DNA of 58,336 bases, taken from a virus. Its lineage: Duplodnaviria > Caudoviricetes. Of this stretch, positions 18,601 to 25,245 are shown one piece after another (positions within the stretch are counted from its first letter, which is position 1; each line of letters opens with the position of its first letter). The stretch covers positions 1 to 58,336 of the IMG/VR virus record IMGVR_UViG_3300028196_000015, one strand, 5' to 3'. Under the pieces are notes generated by a model. That model saw nothing but the letters and a program-made list of their open reading frames with translations. It was not told the DNA's origin and made no database searches. The translations under genes and the position numbers were made by a program.

Positions 18601-21019
18601 ATTCTTTGGGGATTACATAACGTAATCTATATACTTTATCATCAATAGAACGATTATCTGCTTGCCTTCTAAAGAAAGCTGCTGACGATTCCTCACCCAA
18701 TGTTACACTACCAGTAGTGACAATTGCCGTGTATATTTCGTTTATTGAACCATCATTAGAACTTATTAGATACCAATTATTTTCTACAGTATCCCATTGT
18801 ATTGGGTGACCAAGTTGACCAGGAATTTTATCTGATACTCTACTTACAATTTTTAGTATGCCACCATTATTATTAATTCCTAATACTGGTGTATCTGATA
18901 CGGCATCATTTAATGATTGTGCAAGTTTTAGCTGATTTGGGCTTAGTCCACCACCAGTAATAGCATAGTATATTCCTTCATTATCTAAACCATCAGGAGT
19001 GTTGGCAGTATCACTGAAAACTCTTACTCTTTCACCGTTGAGAAACTGGTGAGTTTCCGTTAAATTAATAATATTATTGGAAATTAAGTTTTGTCCATTA
19101 GTTCTACTTACTTCATACTCTTTTCTTGCAGATGCACGTTCCCCGAAAGGAACAGGCATCAAAATAGGTGCAGTATATGTTGTCTGTGCTGTACCTACAG
19201 TAATAGTTAGATTGAGAATATCATTATCTCTAGCACCAATTCTAAAACCATCAATTTGATATGGTGGAATTGTATCTTCATTATTCTGGTCGAAAATATA
19301 AAGTCTTGACGTATCTACTGAGTTAATTGTTTTCTCTACATCAAGAGATAACCAGTTGACTGAATTTTCTTCACCAACTAGACCTCTTGGAGGAATAATG
19401 TGTGTAATATAACCAACATCATCTCTATCAAAAGATTCTGGTTTAAAACTAACTGCCTCTAATGATGTATTACCGAAGTTGGAGTTGGAGTTTGTGATGG
19501 ATTGGTCTCCACCAGTTTCTGCAACAAAGTGCTTTGCAAAACCAATAGCAAAAATTGAAACACACTGAATGAATGCATTATTTGAACACTTAACGTGGAA
19601 GTTTTCCCATCCTGGTTTAAATATTGCTCTCGAATTTGTATGTAATGGTTTTGATAAACTATTTGTAGGAAGAGTATTTTCTTCATAGAAAGTTCCCTCA
19701 TCATAAAGTATAAATGCATTATTATCTTTCTGAAGGCTAACGCCTGTGAACTGAGCGGTAACCATTGACTTGAATCCAGTGGCTTTGCTACCATCAGCGT
19801 GCATACCGTTCATACCAAAAACTGATCTCAATGAACAGTTAAAGATATATGGTGATGCAGAACTTACAGTATCAGAACCAACTGTAACTGTTGCAGTATC
19901 AAAGAATCCTACAGCAGGTAAGAAATCGAGAGGTGTCTGGTTAGCAATGTATTTAAATGTACTAACACCAACAACATCACTTACAGTAAACGAACCATTG
20001 TATGATTCACCATCTACAGTTACACCACTAACAAGGAATGGACTATCAACATATAAATTATGTGGGAAGGTATCACCAGTTAATTTATTTGAAGTTGTTA
20101 CTGTAATTTCATTTAAATCACCAGTTCCATTACCATTACCTGCTTTAATACTACTGATTCCCAATGGGTTAGCATCAAGAGAACCAACAATTCTAAATTC
20201 ATCTACAGAAGGCTCGAAATCTTCATTGACTGGATAGTCACCAAGACCTCTACCAGTAATGTCACCATATGCCTTTGCGACCTTGAAATAATACATATCA
20301 AGGTCTGATAGGTATGTCTGGTAATTAGCCAGAGCAACCATATTTACACCATCACCATACTCAAAGCAAGTAACTTTATGGTGTGAGTAATTTGGAGCTA
20401 CTTGAGTTCCTGAATAGTCTTTATAAACAGTTTTTGATGGATCTGCATCAAAAATACTAAATGCAGTAAAATAACAAGTACCTGTTACGTTAAGAATACT
20501 TGTGGCTTCGATATTATCGTCTTCTGGATCTGGAACATATAATGGACGAATTTTGGTTTTTCTTAGGTCTAAACCAATAATTGAAGTACCTCTAGGTAGT
20601 ATAGCACCACCACTTATAGAGTTATACTTAAATAAGTCATTATTAGGATTCAGAATATCAAAGTTAGTTACTTCATTAAATTCTGTTATTGTAGTTTCTT
20701 CCCAAGTATCTGGTGCCGTTCTTCTTTTATATACTGCTGCCCCATCTATCTCTTCTATAGAATATCCAGGTCTATTATCAATATAGTGTGTTCCAGGATA
20801 TACAAGAATTGTTGTTCTATCAATTTTATCATTGTTTTCACCTCTCTGATATGAAAATCTTGCTGCTTCAATCAGAGCTCTTTGGATTGTTTTAAATGGT
20901 CTAGTGAGAGAATTACCTTGGTTTTCAAAACTATCTGTAGCATCAAAGTCAGATGGATTTACATATAGTATATTACCTTCAGCATTCTTCAGAAAATTCT
21001 CTAGTCTTGATAATGGCAT
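12662..21019 (-). CDS. giant virion structural / tail fibre protein with C-terminal tail-collar domain and HxH needle
   Basis: 2785 aa; N-terminus MPLSRLENFLKN typical of cyanophage virion proteins; beta-helix-like motifs, GGVGIAKN fibre repeats, collar motif PIGSVHYFAASTAPEGYLVCNG, 24 HxH motifs; TAAATA upstream. Confidence 0.88.
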   Translation of the reverse strand: MPLSRLENFLKNAEGNILYVNPSDFDATDSFENQGNSLTRPFKTIQRALIEAARFSYQRGENNDKIDRTTILVYPGTHYIDNRPGYSIEEIDGAAVYKRRTAPDTWEETTITEFNEVTNFDILNPNNDLFKYNSISGGAILPRGTSIIGLDLRKTKIRPLYVPDPEDDNIEATSILNVTGTCYFTAFSIFDADPSKTVYKDYSGTQVAPNYSHHKVTCFEYGDGVNMVALANYQTYLSDLDMYYFKVAKAYGDITGRGLGDYPVNEDFEPSVDEFRIVGSLDANPLGISSIKAGNGNGTGDLNEITVTTSNKLTGDTFPHNLYVDSPFLVSGVTVDGESYNGSFTVSDVVGVSTFKYIANQTPLDFLPAVGFFDTATVTVGSDTVSSASPYIFNCSLRSVFGMNGMHADGSKATGFKSMVTAQFTGVSLQKDNNAFILYDEGTFYEENTLPTNSLSKPLHTNSRAIFKPGWENFHVKCSNNAFIQCVSIFAIGFAKHFVAETGGDQSITNSNSNFGNTSLEAVSFKPESFDRDDVGYITHIIPPRGLVGEENSVNWLSLDVEKTINSVDTSRLYIFDQNNEDTIPPYQIDGFRIGARDNDILNLTITVGTAQTTYTAPILMPVPFGERASARKEYEVSRTNGQNLISNNIINLTETHQFLNGERVRVFSDTANTPDGLDNEGIYYAITGGGLSPNQLKLAQSLNDAVSDTPVLGINNNGGILKIVSRVSDKIPGQLGHPIQWDTVENNWYLISSNDGSINEIYTAIVTTGSVTLGEESSAAFFRRQADNRSIDDKVYRLRYVIPKEYDNAKPPEAGYVVQESKTVGITSVSFTNDVLTSTKDLRNERVIVDAISAPVIAGSQVITITTELPHGFIEGDEVKLQKIRSANNPLSVGIVSTFNGIYTVTNIINSKQFQYITDGVKVEPGTFTNDIDLRNTRQQREALPVVSRDEYKESYFIYRVNQVKKHVPGDDGQDGVYHLICLNSSVSPVSTVGYNLYEKQFSQDVRNLYPQQDRDNLNTNPKSAVSYADLKVIGDVITDDKRHSVTREGVDYFIKGTKVGYAVTQLDLSGVNNSNITVYTDVEHNLNSIKTLTFLPGSGYQPSATLYSVKLAAISSNGEGATVKVTTDATGSISNIQLLDYGSAYTVGDTLSVPGGVINSTVTVTAINDNSNDSIEVNGFYVNDLNNSFEISNIPSAKIIELSAPLGISTNDPNSSGELGYVIPSGNVSSVSSLELSDIKSGITTITTSNSHGLFSGNDINIVGTGLSAFDSNFIIKDIVGLTTFTVQLLGAGSTATSSTGKVVRKIFAANGKILGRGEENIASRAVTIYDKKTNYVDTSFNNAGTTISFSDPDSIVRGEYYQINNEIVRISGSSNPFTVLRGQFGTFKTTALANTLARKVAPIPSELRRPSFMRASGHTFEYLGFGPGNYSTGMPQKQNRILSEQEVLKSQSKEQRGGSVVYTGMNDLGEFFSGSKKLSSATGEESVVDAPVITYTGDDAEGENNNLSSGIFDELLVRRRITVEGGENTNQTSQFYGPVNFTNKVTNTSELGIETKNLYIKGNVTQAKLITVGIATPTFSAKAPGDISLISNPTDGYAGYIYIDSQWKPWGFISEKADEKTLMIDHLGIGNVNTPENLVRLNVSDQTILENVQITGALTLDQPQSLGDVTFDDILVRGTGRFSNEAIDDLGNLRYRTILCEGGTQEFHNVEVTGFSTFTSRVDFISNVYGIGGRFGNINIGIFNDNAITKLSGSGALVLDSDPNDRNGVVRIEDNLQILSNINANVYQTWGVRDDLGIGTAISAKLEIKTINVGTDSANFDLGIGNTSGSAKLALHTRDDIYSDGTFTIDAFSNGDARVAKRGENTTLTVEALDSGADIKFTVGTNQNFHITPLGHFHFEQNNSGTELAGNHLKIDQKGNGDAVLSWHRSKNNGNIRWYSGIDASDGNSWKLANPSTTTAAGSEDFDRASETKLKIDTSGNTSILGDLDVGGNDITTPTTGVFNLLNSSVTTLNAFQDATSINIGNSTSSSFVLLRGTRESTSCTTGALRVAGGVGIAKNLYVCGKIGPAVFNSTVTIEGELTLKDNVTIDGTTVFGKTTNNTLCNVNTGAVQFDGGVGIAKNVSIGQGLCVNSDSEFKNDLNARRFIKTNGGITNGQSNFLRADGSDTIIQLQDLVNTLTYVPQPPITLTAYPKGNSFRLLSIASQFNGSKKTFNLFSPDSVAFTPEGAANLLVYLNDDTLLEPDADYIIPIQSTSPLTYQSKIQFIRAPLAGQSCHIVALGGQGMVLDDEGWTAKGQLAVGKEQNRAEMLDVGTNDQVLVANSSKTLGVEWMWMQQEPPIGSVHYFAASTAPEGYLVCNGGVVNSGVRSIQGKTADYTYLHNLLDKTFGSTKGTLPNLMNRVPMGGAGGSNYDVGETGGANTHSMSLRDIPAHTHTLTQNGKHSHNVNLNSNGYHDHNNDASGKHDHNNTNSRITQHTGHNHGVQLGPVDNHDHTSATGSSGYHKHNFQTQENGQHIHTGEIGDAAAHDHPVAASIGNHDGHQHQLQMNSNGYHRHPGTAAADGLHNHQATVNNHTHGGIEKVNGQGGDGDRERSGDFSKHSTAENKPGVTLGQEGSHGHQLTIEQNGKHNHGGSTTQNGSHTHPLAVEVQPTSAHDHPITLSKHDGHSHGGSTSEKAKHAHEIGGDGGHGHPANTETGGTHTHQLQIQQDAQHTHNINEEGKHNHTTTVSTYDVHNHQIGQSGGDADGGQTQVDLRNPYLGLLPVIKAYYVGPKTTKNW

Positions 21020-21093
21020 TTTATTACAACTAATAATACTTTATCTTAACTTATTTATCAATGCAGATAATAAACTTTATTCTAAACACAATA

Positions 21094-21165
21094 AGCCTCT
21101 GACAAGATTTGAACTTGCGACCTGAGCTTTACAAAAGCCCTGCTCTACCACTGAGCTACGGAGGC
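21094..21165 (-). tRNA. tRNA-Thr(TGT)
   Basis: GCCTCCGTAGCTCAGTGGTAGAGCAGGGCTTTTGTAAAGCTCAGGTCGCAAGTTCAAATCTTGTCAGAGGCT; anticodon TGT; one C-A mismatch in the acceptor stem; CCA not encoded. Confidence 0.93.
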
Positions 21166-21168
21166 ATA

Positions 21169-21242
21169 CGGGATTGATGGGACTTGAACCCACGACTTCC
21201 TGCGTGACAGGCAGGCGCTCTAACCAACTGAGCTACAACCCC
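21169..21242 (-). tRNA. tRNA-Asp(GTC)
   Basis: GGGGTTGTAGCTCAGTTGGTTAGAGCGCCTGCCTGTCACGCAGGAAGTCGTGGGTTCAAGTCCCATCAATCCCG; anticodon GTC; CCA not encoded. Confidence 0.95.
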
Positions 21243-21243
21243 A

Positions 21244-21507
21244 TTAATCAGTAGGCATTGCCTCTGGATTTTCTAACTCTAAATCAAAAATTAGTGGATG
21301 ACACTCTTCCATAATTAAATAACTTGAACACCTGTACATATCATCAGAATCATAGGAAATATTATCCTTTGCTTCTATTAAAACATATGGATCATCTTCC
21401 ATTAATGTAGTTAAATTATCAAAAGTAAATGGCATACCGTTTATGAAATACATATCAACTACGATTCCATTATGAAAGCAATAATTTGACGTGATTTTGT
21501 ATGTCAT
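21244..21507 (-). CDS. conserved cyanophage hypothetical protein
   Basis: MYFINGMPFTFD...YLIMEECHP. Confidence 0.8.
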   Translation of the reverse strand: MTYKITSNYCFHNGIVVDMYFINGMPFTFDNLTTLMEDDPYVLIEAKDNISYDSDDMYRCSSYLIMEECHPLIFDLELENPEAMPTD

Positions 21508-21544
21508 AATACAACTATGTTGTTTGTATTTATTTTAAACCACT

Positions 21545-21739
21545 TTACTCATAATTTGGAGGATTATACTTTAAAAATTCCCAAAAAGTTAATTTCATTT
21601 CTTTTTCAGTCATTCCACAATGAGTTGCTGCCATAGGAAGATTCATTTTAGAATAAAAAAGACTTTCATTTGCCTCTTTTACATTTTGAGGAGTAGTTTT
21701 TACTTTTTTTTCTGGATGTACTTTAATTTTTCCAATCAA
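21545..21739 (-). CDS. cyanophage hypothetical protein
   Basis: VKTTPQNVKEAN...MNLPMAATHCGMTEKEMKLTFWEF; probable TTG start after AGGAG (ORF track start 21802). Confidence 0.65.
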   Translation of the reverse strand: MIGKIKVHPEKKVKTTPQNVKEANESLFYSKMNLPMAATHCGMTEKEMKLTFWEFLKYNPPNYE

Positions 21740-21903
21740 ATCAAAATTTCTCCTTTTAATTCTGCAAGTTTTGCTTCTGCTAATGCCTGAACACAGGTCC
21801 AATAAAGTTCACCACTAATTGGGAAGTTTTCAGAACAAAAATATTCTGCAGTATCTTCATGCAACTCAGTCAGGTGATTGAGTGAGTCTCTAGAAATATT
21901 CAT
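21736..21903 (-). CDS. small hypothetical protein (55 aa)
   Basis: Manual translation MNISRDSLNHLTELHEDTAEYFCSENFPISGELYWTCVQALAEAKLAELKGEILI; downstream of promoter site C. Confidence 0.7.
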   Translation of the reverse strand: MNISRDSLNHLTELHEDTAEYFCSENFPISGELYWTCVQALAEAKLAELKGEILI

Positions 21904-21925
21904 GGTAGGATTAATTCACTTATAT

Positions 21926-21982
21926 ATCATAGCATGGATGCGGACATTTGCCAAAAGATATGTGCCAGTCAATTAATTGGCA
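21926..21982 (-). promoter_or_regulatory. promoter with TG-C-TATGAT and upstream quasi-palindromic motif (site C)
   Basis: Minus strand TGCCAATTAATTGACTGGCACA (21982-21961), 29 nt, TATGAT (21931-21926). Confidence 0.6.
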
Positions 21983-22536
21983 AAATATGAAACCGTTTCA
22001 GTATCAAAGTCTATAATTGACCTTGCCACTCGTTGTCCTTGTGTCTGTGCGTTTTGGGTCTGGAATTGAATTGTATTTATGAATGATCGTGCTGCAGGGA
22101 AAGTGTTTGTTGCAGTGGGATTTTCCCAAGAGACACCAGACTTTGCCATACTACCACCCTGATAAGCATCCATATTAACGACAATTGGATTCACACCAAT
22201 TGTATAATACCAAAAACCACGCATATCAACTTCTATTTCAGTAATTGTAGGATATACACTAAAAAGTGCTGACCTATCAATGTATATCATTTCTGTTCCT
22301 GTTCCTGTATTGTCACCTGCCCAAAATGCAACATCAACTCCATTGACAGTAAGTCTATCTTGAGCACCCCACCCCAAATATCCAGGAACAATTGGATTTA
22401 AGAATCCAAATCGGATATCTAAGTCAGAACCATCACTGACCGTATAGTTGAATACAAAGTAATCGCCATAGATAACCCCAGGGTCACGAAAGTCAGCAGT
22501 CTTGAAGTTTTTATATAAACCAAATGAAACAGGCAT
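21973..22536 (-). CDS. putative virion/fibre-associated beta-sandwich protein
   Basis: 187 aa, aromatic/Gly-rich, SDLD and GDNTG motifs; last gene of the structural run. Confidence 0.65.
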   Translation of the reverse strand: MPVSFGLYKNFKTADFRDPGVIYGDYFVFNYTVSDGSDLDIRFGFLNPIVPGYLGWGAQDRLTVNGVDVAFWAGDNTGTGTEMIYIDRSALFSVYPTITEIEVDMRGFWYYTIGVNPIVVNMDAYQGGSMAKSGVSWENPTATNTFPAARSFINTIQFQTQNAQTQGQRVARSIIDFDTETVSYFAN

Positions 22537-22545
22537 AATTTAATA

Positions 22546-24864
22546 TTAACTAAAGTTGAGAGATGATGTTCCGTAAACTCTAATTGCTCCTGTTGAGTCT
22601 TTAAGAAGAGCAAAACTTAGAATATCTTCATTGTTTGTTGGGTTTGGTGCAATACCACCCGGCCAACGCACACCACCAGAAACAACAGTACCGTTAATAC
22701 TGCATTGCTCACCGTATGTGATTAAAGAATCTGAATCTACAATTATAGTTATTGTGGTTGCCTTAGAAGTTTCTGTATTGATTCCAGTAAATGCCCATTC
22801 AGAAACTGTCGTTGTCAGGAATCCAACTGCAATAGTTGATGATGAAACGTCAACTGTTAACTTTCCGGCACCATTTGGAACAAATTCATTAGTAAAATCA
22901 CCAATGATATTTTCTGTTACTGCACCCTCGAAGTGGGAATAACCAGAAAGTCTTACATCACCTGCAAGATCTAATGAAGATCTTGGTGTTGTAGAACCAA
23001 TACCAACTTTATGATTGATATCTACGATAATATCACCTTCAAATTCACTTCTACCTTTTACTAATAGTTGTGAACTATAATCACTTGCTACTGTGGTTCC
23101 AATACCAACCTTACCATCAGTCTTCCAAATATTTTCATTAACATCTTTTTCCCAGTTTGATGCAATATAAATTTCACCATTTTCGTATAATGTTCCAGTG
23201 AAATTAATATTACCATTAACATCCACATTAAACTGAGGAACTGTGTTTCCTACTCCCAGATAATTGGAAGAGGGATTATAAACTAAGTTACCATCATCAA
23301 CTTGAGGAGTTCCTGTATCATCTACAGTCTCCGTAAACATTACATTGAATAATTGGTCTGTGGAGTTACCAAGAATACTTACAGATGCAGCAGCACCAAC
23401 AGTAACATTTTGTGCTGGAGACCACCTTGCTGGATTTGGACCTTGTGAGGTTAAGACTTCACCGGAAACACCTCTTCCATTAGTTGTATAAATTAATCCT
23501 TTGAATTGAACATCACCATTAACATCCAATTCATATGCAGCATCAGTTTTAATTCCTATTCTATTGGAAACTGAAATATCAGTTGCTGCGATGCTTGCAA
23601 CACTTAATGTATTTGCAATTGAAATATTTCCTGTTCCCCCACCTTCTAGGTTGACATTAATTGCAGTGAGATTTGCAATAGTTGCTACTCCAATATAACC
23701 GTATGTTACAGTTGAAATACCAACAGTTGCAATTCCTACAGTTGAAAACTCAACATCTTCACTTGTAATATCTGCAGTTGAAATGGTTGCTACCCCAATA
23801 TTTGCATCAACAGCATGAACATACTGAATAGTTGCTACTCCAATATTTGCATTAGTTGTAGTTGTATATCCAATAGTAGCATAGTCTATATCTGCGTCAA
23901 AAATACTGGTAATACCAGAAAAACTCTGATTAATTGACTTTAACTCAGTAATAGTTGCCAAACCAACACTAGAGTATGTGCCAACTTGACGATAGAATGT
24001 AGATACACCGGTTATATGTTCATCTTCTGTTTCAAATACTGTTGACTCTAATGTTGTGGAAGTAGTTACTCCCGCATTAATGTAATCAACATTAAATCTT
24101 GTGCTAATTAGGGAATCAATAAGTGATGTATTAACACCAGTAGCATCAGGAGCACTTATTGTATTTACGTTGATATATCCTGCTCTTAACTTCCCTAACT
24201 TACTGAAAGTTGCTTCATCATCACCCGGACGAAGAGTTGTTGCGCCGGTAATTGCTTCTGGATTTCCAATAAAAGCATTTGCTTTTACTTTCCCTTCTGA
24301 TCCTATTCCAGAAACGTGCAATCTCTCTGTTGCTACAGTTGTACCAAATCCAACGTTACTTACATCTGCATGATAAAAGAGTTCGGGGACTTCTTCTAAG
24401 AATCCATCTGCCCCTTTCATTTGGAACTGCCCAAGGTCACCTTCAGCAGCACTATCAATAACAATTGTTGCAATACCCGTTTGTTCAGATGATGACGTAC
24501 CAACATATGCTACTGATACACCAGCACCAACAAAGTCCAAAGTAAAGAAACTACTTGCTGAACCAACAAGAATTCCTTCGTCTCTAACAGTTATAGCACC
24601 AGGAACTGCACCCAACCCAAGTCCAGAAAGTGCATTAGTCGGAACCCAGTATCTACTTGGACCAAGTGCCGTCCCACCATATGATGCAAGAATATATGCA
24701 TCACCTTGAGGAAATGGTTTTGCCCCAATTGACGATGGTCCTATTATTGGATCACCAAGGTCTGGTTCTGTCTCGGGTAAACTTAGATACTGATATCGAC
24801 TAGTCGATAACCCATCTTGAGCAATTTTTATAACTCTTTTACTTTGAAATTCAGGTACGCTCAT
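22546..24864 (-). CDS. tail fibre-like virion protein
   Basis: 772 aa; repeated GIAT/GVAT units, VGIGTT-P and LDVxG fibre repeats; C-terminal V-W-PGG-P domain. Confidence 0.8.
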   Translation of the reverse strand: MSVPEFQSKRVIKIAQDGLSTSRYQYLSLPETEPDLGDPIIGPSSIGAKPFPQGDAYILASYGGTALGPSRYWVPTNALSGLGLGAVPGAITVRDEGILVGSASSFFTLDFVGAGVSVAYVGTSSSEQTGIATIVIDSAAEGDLGQFQMKGADGFLEEVPELFYHADVSNVGFGTTVATERLHVSGIGSEGKVKANAFIGNPEAITGATTLRPGDDEATFSKLGKLRAGYINVNTISAPDATGVNTSLIDSLISTRFNVDYINAGVTTSTTLESTVFETEDEHITGVSTFYRQVGTYSSVGLATITELKSINQSFSGITSIFDADIDYATIGYTTTTNANIGVATIQYVHAVDANIGVATISTADITSEDVEFSTVGIATVGISTVTYGYIGVATIANLTAINVNLEGGGTGNISIANTLSVASIAATDISVSNRIGIKTDAAYELDVNGDVQFKGLIYTTNGRGVSGEVLTSQGPNPARWSPAQNVTVGAAASVSILGNSTDQLFNVMFTETVDDTGTPQVDDGNLVYNPSSNYLGVGNTVPQFNVDVNGNINFTGTLYENGEIYIASNWEKDVNENIWKTDGKVGIGTTVASDYSSQLLVKGRSEFEGDIIVDINHKVGIGSTTPRSSLDLAGDVRLSGYSHFEGAVTENIIGDFTNEFVPNGAGKLTVDVSSSTIAVGFLTTTVSEWAFTGINTETSKATTITIIVDSDSLITYGEQCSINGTVVSGGVRWPGGIAPNPTNNEDILSFALLKDSTGAIRVYGTSSLNFS
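23677..23852. repeat. intragenic direct repeats encoding (ANI)GVATI
   Basis: aatagttgctactccaatat at 23677 and 23827; variant aatggttgctaccccaatatttgcat at 23782. Confidence 0.75.
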
Positions 24865-24869
24865 TTTAA

Positions 24870-25226
24870 TTATTGATTAAATGTTTCTAGGATACTAGTT
24901 ACAAATTTTAAATTATCATCACTACTTGAACTAATAGAAATGGTATCGGATGTTTCTAATACCAATTTACCTGCAAGAACGTTAGCAGTATCATTAGGTA
25001 GAATTGTAAAATCTTTTAGTAGTTCTGTAGTTACTGTTCCAATTCCAGCAACGTTTCTATTATGATAGAAACTGAAAGTGTGTGGTGCAGAATCTATATT
25101 AGCAACCTGTGCTAAAAGAGTAACACCAACAAATCCAACTGGTGCTTCATATACAACTTCAGTCGAAATACCAGCTACTTTAGTAACTGTCCTAAAATTA
25201 TTAACCGCAGCGTTTGCAATAGCCAT
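24870..25226 (-). CDS. small virion structural protein
   Basis: 118 aa, Y-AP-G...LAQVAN...GKLVLETSD...SILET pattern of cyanophage virion proteins. Confidence 0.75.
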   Translation of the reverse strand: MAIANAAVNNFRTVTKVAGISTEVVYEAPVGFVGVTLLAQVANIDSAPHTFSFYHNRNVAGIGTVTTELLKDFTILPNDTANVLAGKLVLETSDTISISSSSDDNLKFVTSILETFNQ

Positions 25227-25245
25227 TTTTTTTTAAATACTCCTA

